64,000 bases of DNA, taken from the NCBI RefSeq assembly GCF_018350175.1, contig NC_058368.1:102488001-102552000 (forward strand), in the 5' to 3' direction. Source of the DNA: Felis catus. Taxonomy: Eukaryota. The notes beneath the pieces were generated by a model that did no database searches, was not told where the DNA came from, and saw nothing but the letters and a program-made list of their open reading frames with translations. Made by a program: the position numbers and the translations under genes. Below are positions 1 through 12,860 of the stretch, one piece after another. Positions within the stretch are counted from its first letter, which is position 1. Each line of letters opens with the position of its first letter.

Positions 1-176
1 ACATTCCTACAGCTCTGCTGGCCACCAGCTGTGTCCCCCATAAATCATAAATCCTCTGAACAAGCCATTCTTTACAAAGACCAACAGCATTTACTGGAGA
101 TGATCACTCTGCTATTATTCCACTTGCTGAAATTTAAAATAGCAATTTACAACAGCAGCTGAAAACCAGGGAACTT

Positions 177-210
<34 letters not shown>

Positions 211-214
211 CGGG

Positions 215-281
<67 letters not shown>
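177..281. repeat. Compound microsatellite (TG)13(CG)5-GGTAT-(GA)32
   Basis: Read directly. Confidence 0.97.
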
Positions 282-283
<2 letters not shown>

Positions 284-704
284 AGAAAGGCTGTGCATGT
301 CTGCAGCACACAAAGGGGCACATTTTGTGTGTCACCTTCAAGTCAGCAACTCTGTGAATCTAAAAAGGAAACAAGGGGTGTAAATGTCAGAGGAACCGGA
401 CTCAGCACCCTCACAACTGAAGGCAGTGGGGTGAGTGGGGTCTGTGTCGTGGGTAGACCTCCTTGGTCTCACCCGGAAGCGGCCAAGCCCCCAAGGCAGC
501 GTGGGAGGGGGTTCACACAGTCTCTAGTGAGGCCACATAATTATGGCTCAGGTTCAGAATGTAATAAGGAAAGCTGAAGGAATTAACTCCAATCAAGCTC
601 AGTCTGCAGCCAATTTTATTTTGAGGACTAGGGAGGAAGACAGAAGAAAAGAGTGATTGGTAATCCCACGCAGCATCCCGAGCGCCTGAGAAGAGGTCTC
701 TGGA

Positions 705-870
705 GGCAGACGCACCTGGCTCCCAAGCCCGCTCTGCAGCTGCTGCCTCACCTTCAACTAAAGCGCTCGGTGCCTCAGTTTCCTCATCTGTAACACAGGG
801 AGGATACATACGGGTATCAAATAAGGTGTGATTTCTGTAAAGCATTTAACACGGGCGCTGGCACAAAACA
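705..870 (+). mobile_element. MIR SINE
   Basis: Core gcctcagtttcctcatctgtaa ... taaagcatttaacac...ctggcaca. Confidence 0.8.
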
Positions 871-1816
871 GTCGCGTCGCAAATGGACTTTGGCTTCCTC
901 ATCTTCCAACTCCCCTGGAGCCCCAGGTCGCAAGCTAGGATTGCAGAGGGAGAAGCCAAAATCCTAGGAATTCCGCACTCAGAAATACAGTCAGGAGCAA
1001 GCGCCACTGGGATCCCTCCAGGCAAAACACCCTCGGACCTGGGCGTCCACAAAGATTATCCTGGACTCCTGGTGACCAGGCCCTTGCGCATACGGCACAC
1101 CGATCCTGGCGAGTCTCAGGAGCTGCCAATTCCAACGTTAAGGAGTTGTGTGATTTCTACACCGGTTTCAACCGACACGAAGTTCTCCTTCCTGACAGAC
1201 CTCTCCTCGTGCCACCACTCAATAGTACAGCCGACAGAGAAATACAGCTCTAAATCCCTCCAGTCTCCCCTCTGGACGTAGGACAGGGAAACCTCACATC
1301 CGGTTTTCAGAAACGGCGACTGGAACCGGATGCCTGGCATTGGTCTGAACGACCAAAGGCAAAATGGTGACAGCAGAGGGGAGAACCCCAGCAGCCAGGC
1401 TCCTGGGATGCTGAAGGCGTCAAAGGCAAACTCATCTTTCCCAGTTACCATCGGAACAGACTAGATTTCTCAACAATGGTCAGAGGCACCCCCCCCCCCC
1501 CGATTCCGAAGTCCCTATCTTTCAGGGAAGAATAAAGCCCAGCAGAGTTACAAGTATTTCAATAATGTGCTTAGAGACCAGCTCTTTTCTGTAAACAAGC
1601 CTAATGAAGCATGACTAATAGTGCTCTCCGTAAGCAGAGCCAGGGAAAAGGGCCTTTGTTAGCACTTACTGGAGCAAGGCATCATTTTGCTGGAGCAGAA
1701 CAAAACTTAGCTGGTTATTGATTGACCAGCCTCGCTCGGGTGTCACCGCTCTGCTGTCCATTTCTGTATAGTGTGTGTAGGCAATGCATGTGCTTCCGTA
1801 GACGCAGAGACGTTCT

Positions 1817-1818
<2 letters not shown>

Positions 1819-1848
<30 letters not shown>
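1819..1848. repeat. (AC)15 microsatellite
   Basis: Read directly. Confidence 0.95.
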
Positions 1849-1851
<3 letters not shown>

Positions 1852-2889
1852 CCCACGTACACAGTCAGTGCAGCCACCAAGCTAACTTTGGGCTACATTT
1901 CTCCGCAGAAGGGATCAAGTATTCCAGGCCTCTCGCTGAAACCGAATTGCTCTCCGATACTCGCGCGTCTTCTCGTCCTCGATATCACCTAACATTTCTC
2001 TCCGCGTTGTCAGGACCGTGAACCTCCTCCGCCTCCGAGCCTGTAAACCGACACGGCCCACGGACGCTTAACCGTTTCCAAAGTCACTACGATTTAACCT
2101 GACCTAGTTACTACCTTCTAGAGGGGATTTCCTTTTGTTTTTGCAATACATTCACAACGGCTGGTGTTTCCTTCCCCATTTCGCCTCGCGGTCCTGAAAC
2201 TCCTGACATTTGGCTTCTTGTAACTGCCACAGACACGTTCCATGATGGCTCTCATTCTCTTCTGCAGTTCAAGTTTGTCTTAAATGTTACCGATGCACAC
2301 ACGCCAGCAATGTTAGCAGGGAGAGCCAAAGTTGACCTGGGCGTCTCTTCCGAACAGGCAGGAATTCGAGTCAAAACTTGCTTTCCTTGCGACTCTAAGC
2401 ACAAATTTCCGTATAAATTATTGACCGCACTTTGGCCTCATCTGAAACATTAGCCCCGCAGGCTGATAAGTTCTGACCCCAGGTGGCACATCAACCCTCT
2501 CCGAAGAGGCTGGAACATTAGTGCTTTGCACTGGGGACTAAGGCGTGAGAGCCAATCAATCAAGCTCCTGACAGCTTTTACGGCCTCTGAGCATTAGGCC
2601 CAAGTCAACCTCCAAGACTCCTATTGTTCGCATTATTCTCTTCTTCTCTGGTCTGATGAAGTTAGGGTTAAGTCCAAGGCTTCGGTGAGAGAGAAAGGCT
2701 ATTGTTAGTAACTCAGTCTTTATTGACTCTGACCTGCAGGGCAACCAGCTTGAAGTCTTTTCCAGAAAGTAATGCACAGTTAATTGGTGCTCATCATCAG
2801 GGTATGTTTTCTACACCTCTCTTCACTGAAAGGAGACCTGGCCGAACATTTCACCATCTTTTCCAGGTTGCCTTCTAATTCTCCCAAGC

Positions 2890-2892
<3 letters not shown>

Positions 2893-2944
<52 letters not shown>
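2893..2944. repeat. (AC)26 microsatellite
   Basis: Read directly. Confidence 0.95.
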
Positions 2945-2948
<4 letters not shown>

Positions 2949-3522
2949 TTTGGACAAAAAATCTGATTTGTACCCATAACCGTCTGCCTGAAATAACTGA
3001 GGATCTTTTTCAGCTGAAGCTGGGGGCTGGGTCTGTGAGCAGCGGGCAACAGACTGCATGGTCTGGGCAGGGAGAGGACACAATCCCACACGGGCTTCGT
3101 TTGAAGCACGCAGCCGCCCTCTGAAGGGGTTGCAGAATTACTGGACCCAAAGGCTTTCCCTTTGAAAGAAAAACCAGGCACACCATTATCTCTTCCTACC
3201 CAAACAGGCCTCTCAGGAGAGAGGGAGGGGGAAGGTGGTGGCCAGACAGAAGTTGGCCACCAGAGCATCCAGTCTGTTTCTCAACAATCCTGGGCAACGG
3301 GTGCCCAGACGAGTCAGCTACACTTCAAGGGTCTTCCCCCACAACCCTTGTTGAAAGCACTGAACAACAGGCTACCCACTGAACGCTTTGAAGGAGAAAT
3401 CACATGTTGACATTTTGGAAATCGAAGTTTCTTGGATGGGGACGGGGAAGCACAAAAACCAAAAGGCTTTTTTTTTTTTTTTCTTTTTCCACTTAGCTTT
3501 TGCTTTAGAAGTTTTCAGCCAC

Positions 3523-3740
3523 CCGGCTGCCTGGGTGGCTGAGTCGGTTAAGCATCTGACTTCGACTCAGGTCATGATGTTGCGGTCTGTGAGCTTGAGC
3601 CGCGCACGCGTTGCGCTCTGTGCTGACAGCTCGGAGCCTGGAGCCTCCTTCAGATTCTGTGTCTCCCTCTCTCTCTGTCCCTCCACCGCCCGCGCTCTGT
3701 TCTCTCAAAAATAAATAAACGTTAAAAAAATTTTTTTTAA
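3523..3740 (+). mobile_element. Can-SINE (SINEC_Fc-like)
   Basis: tRNA-like head, CT tract, A tail; TSD agaa(g/a)ttttcagccac. Confidence 0.92.
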
Positions 3741-4397
3741 AGAAATTTTCAGCCACACAATCCTACATTTAGCCAAGAGACTGATCATGCTACTTTATTT
3801 AGTACATCCCGGTACCTGAATTAGCACAAATAAACAAATAAAGTAGTATATACTTTTCCAAATGAGTGAAGAGGAAGCCATTTTTCAGTTAAAGTCTGCC
3901 CCATTTGTGTGTTTGACAGTATACTAACTCCAAGATATATGAATCTAATATTAGATTGGTTAAGCTTTCCGAAAAGGCGGTAGTTAAGAGAGCACACTGA
4001 TAAAGTCTCCTGCTGCAAAGGATTCCATTTTCTGGCGCCGATCGTTCAACTCAACTTCAATATTAAAGAAAACTACAGCCTTCTCATTCATTAAGAATGC
4101 ACAGTCAAAGCACATTAAACTCATGAATCCCAGGTGCTACCAAGGCCAAAAAATGTTTGCAGACCCTTCAAGACAAAACTGAACATGCGGCCCGTTCCTG
4201 TAGTGGAGAACTTCCTCCAGGAGCCCTACTTTCTTACAGCCCAGAAGTAAGTTAGGAAAAGATGCAGAGAAAAACCAACTATAGTATTCAAGCGAGTGCT
4301 GTTCCTAAAGACCGATTACGAAGGCTAAGTCTTGAGCCAACGAAGTTGCAAGTTTCAAGGGAACAAAACAGGTATCAGCTAAAAATGTTTAAACCTA

Positions 4398-4510
4398 GGG
4401 GCACCTGTGTGGCTCAGCTGGTTGAACATCCCACTCTTGGTTCTGGCTCAGGTCAGAATCCCAGGGGTTGTGGGATCGAGCCCCGCGTGAGGCTGTGGAG
4501 CCTGCTTGGG

Positions 4511-4548
<38 letters not shown>

Positions 4549-4613
4549 CCCTCCCCGGCTCACGCTTCCCCCGCCTCCCCCCAAAATAAAGTTTAAAAAA
4601 GTAAAAAATAAAT
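4398..4613 (+). mobile_element. Can-SINE (older subfamily)
   Basis: ggggcacctgtgtggctcag head; TSD aaaatg(t/c)ttaaaccta. Confidence 0.9.
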
Positions 4614-4799
4614 AAAATGCTTAAACCTATAGATAAGCTCAACGCAAGACGGAATGAATCTTGATAGAGTTGAACGTGGGGTTCCCGCTGAAGCTTCAGT
4701 GAAGGCAATTCAAAACTAATACGTTTTACACAACAGGTGGTTAACATTTGTGTTACTGTCCCCAGGGAGTAAAGACAGGAAATAAACATGAGGAATTCT

Positions 4800-4960
4800 G
4801 CCGGAGCGCTTTACTATCTGTAGGCCATCAGTGCCCTACGAGCCAGGTCCTTTTTACTGTTCCTCTTTTACTGATGAGCAAATGAACTCCAACACGGCTT
4901 AACTGCCAGGTTTGCCTCAGAGGGGAAAGTCAGAGATTTGAACACAGGCAGCCCCACTTC
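4800..4960 (-). mobile_element. MIR SINE
   Basis: ttttactgatgagcaaatgaa...gagatttgaacacaggcag. Confidence 0.6.
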
Positions 4961-5301
4961 TGATACCATACTCCTAAATGCACGGTGTAAGGTTACTTAC
5001 ACCTAAGTTTATAAAGAACACAATTTCATGAAGGCGCTGCATGTGCGTGGATGGGGCCCCATGAGGTTGAGTGAGTCCGTGCGGGTGACGCACAGGTGTC
5101 TTCGGAGGCTTGTGCTGTGGATAAACCAGTGACCTCACACTGGAAGCTTGGAACGGACCACGGGGAGAATACATATACCAAAAAAACAGCAAACACTGCA
5201 ATTCAGGGTCCCCCCCCCCCACAGCCCCAACTCCAGGGCCGGCTGTTAACCAGCACACGGACAGTTAGTAACCTTACTTTGTTGAAATACTATTCTTCTC
5301 T

Positions 5302-5523
5302 GGGGCGCCTGGGTGGCGCAGTCGGTTAAGCGTCCGACTTCAGCCAGGTCACGATCTCGCAGTCCGTGAGTTCGAGCCCCGCGTCGGGCTCTGGGCTGAT
5401 GGCTCAGAGCCTGGAGCCTGTTTCCGATTCTGTGTCTCCCTCTCTCTCTGCCCCTCCCCCGTTCATGCTCTGTCTCTCTCTGTCCCAAAAATAAATAAAT
5501 GTTGAAAAAAAAAAAAAAAAAAA
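5302..5523 (+). mobile_element. Can-SINE (young SINEC_Fc)
   Basis: Near-consensus; perfect 18-bp TSD gaaatactattcttctct. Confidence 0.96.
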
Positions 5524-6679
5524 GAAATACTATTCTTCTCTCCCACCATGTGACGCGTCAGAGAAACTAGGGGCCCGGGGAAAGGAGGGAACGTGGAAAC
5601 CCTTCCCTATTTGCGTTTAGCTGCTTAGAAGGTATCCGAAGGACAGAACTGAGGGACGATTCTAGAACCCACTAGAGACTACCCACTGTTCTACCTACTG
5701 TAGAACCCACTACAGTTCTCACTTAGGATGTTGGCTGTTTCACAAGGGGTCACAGCGCACAATCCTGGATGCCTCCTGGTTAAGCACTCACACCTAATTC
5801 ACTGCTCACCAAGTCATGACTACCTTGCTTCCAGGCTCCGTCCCCTCCCTCTTCCTCCAGACCACCGTCCACAGTCAGGGGATGGTTCCCTTCCCACTGT
5901 TACCACTCACCCCTCCCCCGCCTCGCAACGCCTCCAACTGCCTTTCAATGTCCCCAGCACACAGAAAGTTGCTTCAGGCTTCAGGCTCACCTCCTATCTT
6001 TTGCAGGGAGAGCCTGGCCTGCCTTCACCTTCGCAGTCTGAGTCCCGGTGCACAGAACTCCAGGCCGCCCTGAGAATGGCTGAGTGCCCCTGCGGCTATT
6101 TCTACCGCAGCACTTACGTGACATCCAGGACGCCTGATTTTTCCCTGCCAACCTCGGTAAGAGACCATGTAATAAGCACCATGTCTTTCGAATTGCCTGG
6201 CAAAAACCAGAAGCCCCATACATGTCTTTTTTTGTTTCCTAGGGCAAACGAAAAATTGCAATGAATAAAAGTGCAAAAGAGCCCCTGTGTTGTTATTAGG
6301 TACACAGATCAAAACCCAGAAGTGAACTGCGATGCTGACAATTCTTTGTCACCTGATTCCGATACCTCCCGAGCGAAGGAGCCCGTCTCCGTTGATTCTT
6401 TCCACTTTTCAAATAACTGGTAATGATGTCAACGTAAACGATTTGGTTTCGAGGGCTCTTCTATTTTTGGTTGGAAATTTTTGTGAAATCAGTACTCTTA
6501 CAAGGGAGAGAAACCGGGGACCCTCCTCTTAAGATTCCAAAAGCCATCCACTTTTACTGAACTATTACAAAAGCAACTGAGGAGGTACGTGTGTCGCTCA
6601 CCTGATGCAGACGCTCTGAACACAGACCATAACCGCCCAGCCGCGGTAGATGCGGGCCGTTGGCCGCTCCCACTACACT

Positions 6680-6900
6680 CCTTGTAATGTAATGAACAGT
6701 CACATCCAACAAATCTCCTCCCAATGGGCTGCCAGTGGTTGTTCTCCCAGACTCTGGGGCCCCAAAGAGAGATTTGTCATTGCTTAAATAAATTTTACAG
6801 AGGTAATAGATAAAGGCAATAAAGAAAACAGAGCTTTTATAAAACAAAGTTGACAGAGCAGAAAGCCATCTCTCCATAATGGGCGCGTATGCTGGTGCGT
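6680..6900. promoter_or_regulatory. Candidate intronic enhancer / conserved non-coding element
   Basis: No recognisable TE; CAATAAA, TTTTATAAAA, AACAAAG, TGACAG, AGATAA cluster. Confidence 0.35.
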
Positions 6901-8602
6901 CCCGGGCTGCTTGTGTGTACCAAAGGGAAACAGACAATGAAGGTTAGGAAGCATGAAATGACAGCCTTCTTTGCCTTTCAGGGAACGTAAATTTTAGTTG
7001 CTGAATGTAAATCTTCAAGCCATGGTTTTCAATCTGCCTGGCTGATCACCAGACACTGATTTCAAGGAGACAGAAAATAATCTCACTCATTGGCCAGCCG
7101 TGCAGATCCCTGGCTACAGGTTTGTGACGACCCACCGTGCAAAACTCGGGTGGCGCTGGGAGTGATGTTTCCCTGTTGTGGTTCTTACAGGCATGGATTA
7201 TGTCACCTGCCCCCTGGGTAGCGTGCGGCTGGAAGGGGCGCCGGTACTCGGAACTGGTACTAACTGGAAGCTAACATTACTGGCAGTGCGTACACGCATC
7301 GCTGGTCCTCACAAGTGGCCCGTGACTTTTAACAGGGGCTTTCTTGGTGCCAGATGAGACAGAGACAGAGCAATTTTCTGTGCCACTGTGCTTTCTGGTG
7401 TCTCGCGCTCTGCCCATAATATAAGCACATTAGCTTACTTTCAAGTGTCAGGGCTTCGGGCTATTAGGATCTTGGACCTGGCTCCTCACACAGGGGAAAG
7501 ACATGGCAAGAACATTCAATCGTGTCACCTTCCTACCGCGGTAAAGAGGCAACGTTTTCCCCCCAGAAGATCGGGAACCCATTTTGACTTGTTTCTTTAC
7601 AACTCGAACGACCAAACTCCAAATCAGGGTTGTCGTGCATGTTTTAATCTGTCCTACGCCCTGTAGCGTTTGTTGTTTAATTCCAGTTAATTGGGTCAGT
7701 CTAGTTTTACGTGAAGGCATATTTTGAAATAGAAGCTTGGTAAATATACAGAAGTCACAGTGTGCTGGTAAATACGCTACAGAGTAGAACAAAAGAACAT
7801 TAATTTAAAAAAAAAAAAACCAACACACAAAAAAAACAGTCATGCTAAAAAAAACATGGCCTCAACAGCAATAATGTAAATACCAGCCATCAATACATGG
7901 GGTAAGTATGGTCAATACGGATGCAGCATGTGTCCTCTCGAACAGATTATACAGATACAGATTTTCACTGACTTATTATAAATTAGCAATTCAATTGAAA
8001 GCAAAAAGGAATCGCCTGATCCCTGAATGCATGAGGTACAGAGGATCAATCCTTCAAAATTAACTTCTACTTAAAACGCACTTCCAACCGCCGTCATGAT
8101 AAAAAGGAAATAAAAGAAAGAAATTTACGAAGATAGATTTGGGGAGCGGGGAGGAGGCAATAAATATTTTTCACAAGGCCATTTCCACGTGAAGTACTGT
8201 TCCCCACCATCTCTTCCTGTTGTTTACATTCTATGTGACCCCCAGAAAAAAGTGGCTTCTGACAAGGAAGGAGGGCTCCTTCGCTGCAGATCCTAAATGC
8301 GGTCATTGCCTGACCACGGCTTCCCTCTCCCCTCACGGTCACCTTTGTTGGAAGGACCTGCAGTCAAGCCTCCTGCCAGCTTGATATGGCCGTCGGAAAG
8401 GACACACGTGGCCGTGTTAACACATGGTCAGTAGTGTAGGAATACCTACTGGTGTGAGGGTCTGCCCATCGTGGAGGCTGGAATCCCAAAATACAGGGAA
8501 CATGATAGCAGGCCAATGAAAAGCATTCCTGTCTCTGCCTAGAACAAAACTCTACGGCATTGAGAATTGTACTTTTGTTTGTCCGTTTAAAAGTGCATTT
8601 AG

Positions 8603-8823
8603 GGGGCGCCTGGGTGGCTCGGTCGGTTAAGCGTCCGACTTCGGCTCAGGTCATGATCTCGCGGTCCGTGAGTTCGAGCCCCGTGTCGGGCTCTGTGGTG
8701 ACGGCTCAGAGCCTGGAGCCTGTTTCAGATTCTGTGTCTCCCTCTCTCTCTGCCCCTCCCCTGTTCATGCTCTGTCTCAAAAATAAATAAACGTTAAAAA
8801 AATTAAAAAAAATAAAATAAAAA
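8603..8823 (+). mobile_element. Can-SINE
   Basis: TSD taaaagtgcatttaggg. Confidence 0.95.
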
Positions 8824-8879
8824 TAAAAGTGCATTTAGGGCTAGCTATTGGACACTCGTTGGAATGTCTTAGAGTAAGC

Positions 8880-9040
8880 TTTCTAACCACCCAGTGAGGA
8901 GGGTACTATATTCTCCCCATTTTACAAACGATGGGGCCGATGCACAGAGGCATTAAGTCACGTCCCGAGGTCACGGGGGCAGTAAACTGCGGCACTGCGA
9001 TGGAACCCAAGGGGACTGGCTCCGGTTTGTGACAAGGACC
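8880..9040 (-). mobile_element. MIR SINE
   Basis: ccagtgaggagggtactatattctccccattttacaa...cacagaggcattaagtcac. Confidence 0.7.
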
Positions 9041-9242
9041 CAGGATCACCATGTAGAAGACGCCGGGGCAAAGAGGGTGAACACACACACCCGGCCCTCA
9101 ATTCAAGGGGTTTTTCCTCTTGCACTAGTTTGTTGGGGTGCCCGATCTAAAGGACAAGGTGCACAATTTACTCGTTCAATTTCATCCTACCATGTCCTGA
9201 ATGTTCAAACAAATGAACAGACGAAAGAAATCATGTTATTTT

Positions 9243-9361
9243 GGGGTGTGTGGATGGCTCAGTCGGTTAAGTGTCCGACCTCAGCTTGGGTCATGATCTT
9301 GTCGTTTGTGAGTTCGAGCCCCGCCTCGGGCTCTGCACTGTCAGCGTGGAGCCTGCTTGAG

Positions 9362-9401
<40 letters not shown>

Positions 9402-9485
9402 CCTCTGCCCCTCCCCCACTTGCACACACAGGCACACGCGCGTGCGCGTTCTCTCTCTGTCTTAAAATAAACAAACTTTTAAAAA
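9243..9485 (+). mobile_element. Can-SINE (older)
   Basis: TSD tcatgttatttt; long CT tract. Confidence 0.9.
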
Positions 9486-9499
9486 GTCATGTTATTTTC

Positions 9500-9600
9500 A
9501 AGCACAAAGGAATCTTAGAGATCATTTATTCAAAACTTGCTGTCTTTATCAAGGAGAAACCGAGGCCCAGAGAGGTTACGTGGCCGATCGTAGCCCCCAC
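9500..9600 (-). mobile_element. MIR/MIR3 fragment
   Basis: aaggaatcttagagatcat...gagaaaccgaggcccagagaggtt. Confidence 0.65.
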
Positions 9601-9761
9601 GACTAAGGAGAAAAGAGCCAAAACCGCAGCTAGACCTGTCGCTTTCTTCTCTTCCAGCGATCCTGTGGGACCATACAGCAGCACCCAAGGTAGGTAGGTA
9701 GCAGCTAGGATGTCAGGTGATAGGCTCCCGATGACTCTCCACTGACCAAGAGGTCCCTTTA

Positions 9762-10020
9762 TTTTTTTTTTAATTTTTTTTTTTTATTTAAAAAAAAAAA
9801 TTTTTTTTCAACGTTTATTTCTTTTGGGGACAGAGAGAGACAGAGCATGAATGGGGGAGGGGCAGAGAGAGAGGGAGGCACAGAATTGGAAACAGGCTCC
9901 AGGCTCTGAGCCATCAGCCCAGAGCCTGACGCGGGGCTCGAACTCCCGGAACTCCCGGACCGCGAGATCGTGACCTGGCTGAAGTCGGACGCTTAACCGA
10001 CTGCGCCACCCAGGCGCCCC
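9762..10020 (-). mobile_element. Can-SINE (young) with 9-bp internal duplication
   Basis: TSD caaga(g/a)gtcccttta; gaactcccg x2 at 9940-9957. Confidence 0.95.
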
Positions 10021-11069
10021 CAAGAAGTCCCTTTAAAGGCACTCACAGCCCGAGGCCTTTGCAGGATTTTGCCCCAGGGAGACTAACACACATCCAGATG
10101 GTGAAGAGTTGCTTTGGAGAAGGGAGGGTAGGTCAAGAAAAGGCTTCTTCGAGGTCTGGATAAAGACAGAGCCAGACCACCCGGCAATAAGCAAAGTCCC
10201 ACGGGAGGTGACACAGGATTTAATCAGTCCTAAATTTCTTGGCCCAGTTTGGAAGGCAGAAGGTGCATGTCTCAAGTTTATGGCACGTGAAATGACTGAA
10301 AAGAAAGAATCGGAAGACTCTTTGTTGCAAAGGACATACCGCGAAAATTCGATTCCTTTAGGGCCACGTTTAGTGCACTGAAAGGGGGGGTGGGGGGTGG
10401 GGGGGGGGGGGAGTCAGATGAAGCTGTCCCCCTGTTTCCCTTCAGTGACTATGACCACAGGCTTCCTGGGACGGCGTCCTGTTGAGAGGCAACAAGTGGC
10501 AGAGGAGGAGTCTGGCGAGTCCTACCGACCCCCACCCCGACCCCCGCCTCTGCTGCCGACACCCACAACCTGCCGGAAATCACATCACACAGTACAGTTC
10601 CAATCAACTTGCGCTGACAGCCTCTTGCTCTGTTTGCTTCACAAAGTAGCCGCTGATGCCTAAAAGGTGGGGGGCTACATCCCCAGTGTTCGCAGTCTTT
10701 GCTTTGGAAGAGGGGGTGTTCTCAGAATGGCAGTGGGGTCATCACACCCTTCTGGCCTTAATGGCTACGGGACACGGCCAAGGGACCTGGCAGGACTGGG
10801 AGGGTAATGACCAGCACTCCGTCCAAACGGAGCATTACTGACAGCAAAATCCACAGGCTTCGAGGCTCTGGCTATTTCTAACCGTTAAGAATCAGGGCTC
10901 CATTTTTGAACAAAATATAGAGCAGCTTTCCAGATGTGGGTTCCTGGCTGAACTACAGAGAAATCTGTGAATCTCTTGTCTCGCTCAAACACACACGCGC
11001 ACACACACACGCACACCCCGCCCCTAGAAGACGGCACATGTGGGTTTCAAACCCAGGCCTCTCAGACTC

Positions 11070-11190
11070 TTATGTTTCCCCAAACTCCGTGGGGGCTAAA
11101 AATCCTCCTGAGTCCTTATTAAAACTACGGATGCTTAGCTCTACTCCAAACATCTAAGGTGATTCTTAGCGGAGCAACTGGGTTAACAGA
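11070..11190. mobile_element. MER5-like hAT-Charlie MITE remnant
   Basis: tttccccaaact...aatcctcctgagtccttattaaaa...aggtgattctt. Confidence 0.45.
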
Positions 11191-11842
11191 CTTTAAAGAA
11201 AAACGTACGCCATACAAAGTAAGACACGCATACACCATGTTGAGTCTTTCAAGGACAGAAATGGGGAACAAGGATTTTGATTAATTACTTGCCAGCATCT
11301 TGGGGGATGGGGTGGCAGGTGGGGAGGGGAAGGCATTATGCGATTCCTTTAGGAAAAGTTACCAAGGAGCCTGGAACGAGGCTGAGGACTTTTTATCTGC
11401 TGAGCCCTCGGACAGTAGTATTAATACAACAGCTTAACTTGGTTTAAAGAAAGGATTATTTCGCCATCTGCAATAATCGCTTCTGGCAAGAGGCAGGCTC
11501 CGCTACGGCCACTCACAAAAGATGATGGAGACCCGCAATCCTTTCTTCACAGACAGGAATTGGGGGCTTTTCCAAATATTAATATAATCTCACTTATTAA
11601 GATAAAACGATGTGCTAAAGCACTGGAAATTCTCCCACTGGAGCCGCTGTACATTTTCTTTGACTTTTTTTTCCCTTCTCCTTTTAACAGAAAGGATCTA
11701 TAAATCCTAAATCAGATGGTCCGTTTTTCCCATCACATCCTAAAATATGAGCATCTTGGTATGCCATGTAACCGTGTGCTCTTTTTACCAGAAGTCAAAT
11801 AACTGAACAGCTCGTCGGGCAAGATCAAATAAATTGCAGTTC

Positions 11843-12086
11843 AGGGCCGCCGAGGGGGCTCAGCCGGTTAAGCATCCGACTTGGGCTCAGGTCGTGATCT
11901 CGCGGTTCAGGAGTTCAAGCCCCACACCGGGCTCTTTGCTGACAGCTCGGGAGCCTGGAGCCTGCTTACGATACTGTGTCTCCCTCGCTCTCTGCCCCTC
12001 CCCTGCTCGCTCTCTGCCCCTCCCCTGCTCGCGCTCTGTCTCTCAAAAAATAAATACATGTTTAAAAAAAAAAAAGTCTTTTAAAG
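11843..12086 (+). mobile_element. Can-SINE
   Basis: TSD aaataaattgcag. Confidence 0.92.
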
Positions 12087-12439
12087 AAATAAATTGCAGC
12101 TCCGAGGTAAGATTAATAGCAAGGCTAGCCTCTACATCGTTACAGGCAGGAGGGCCCTTCTGCCAGGGACACCGGCCTCCTCCGGGAGGGTGGGTGAGTG
12201 CCTGAGGGTAACTTCTAACTCGTCTAATCACCCTACCATAGAATCAGAGTTAACCAGTGCTTTTCGTGAGGCTTGCCAAAGGCGAGGTGGACAGACAGAG
12301 AGGCAGAAAGAGCGAGAAGCAAACCAGCCTGCCGCTTCCACGCTGTTCCACCACAAAAACCTCTTGTGAGGTCTTCAAAACTAACAATTCAGCAAAAAGT
12401 GACAGGCAGAGTAACCACTGAGTCAGCTCTTGTAACTCC

Positions 12440-12860
12440 TCTTCAAAAAGCGGCTTTCAGTGAATCAATTTTCAGTGTTGTTTCGGTTATTCTTAGATAG
12501 AAAACTTGCTACCCCCTCTCCTTCTCCTTTGGAAATTTGGTAACCATAGTTTCTGTATCCTGCTGAGACTTGATATGTGGAGCTGTATTCTACCTGCTAT
12601 TAAGCTGCTGATAGCAGTGTTTCTGTTGCAATTTATGAGCAATGTCAGTTGAAGGCAGAGAGTATTGTACACGCTATATTTTCCCAGCTGGAGATCTCCG
12701 TGAATGGAAAGCAAAAACATGAATACACATGCACTGTGGGCTTGAAGGAATAAAAAGGCAGGGAGAAAAGTCAGCAGGCGAAAATCAGGTGGGTGGTCTC
12801 GATTATAGACCAAGGAGATAATAAAATATTCAAAGGAAGCTCTGACTAAATGGCCGGGAA
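12440..12860. promoter_or_regulatory. Candidate conserved non-coding element
   Basis: No recognisable TE; ttgcaaTTTATGAgcaaTGTCAG composite. Confidence 0.3.

Noticed and set aside
5302..5385. tRNA-like A/B boxes
   Set aside because: SINE heads, not tRNA genes.
5728..6264. 178-aa ORF
   Set aside because: No recognisable domain or exon structure; antisense to the host gene; consistent with chance.
9029..9697. 222-aa ORF, the longest in the window
   Set aside because: Runs through a Can-SINE and a MIR; the peptide is SINE translation.
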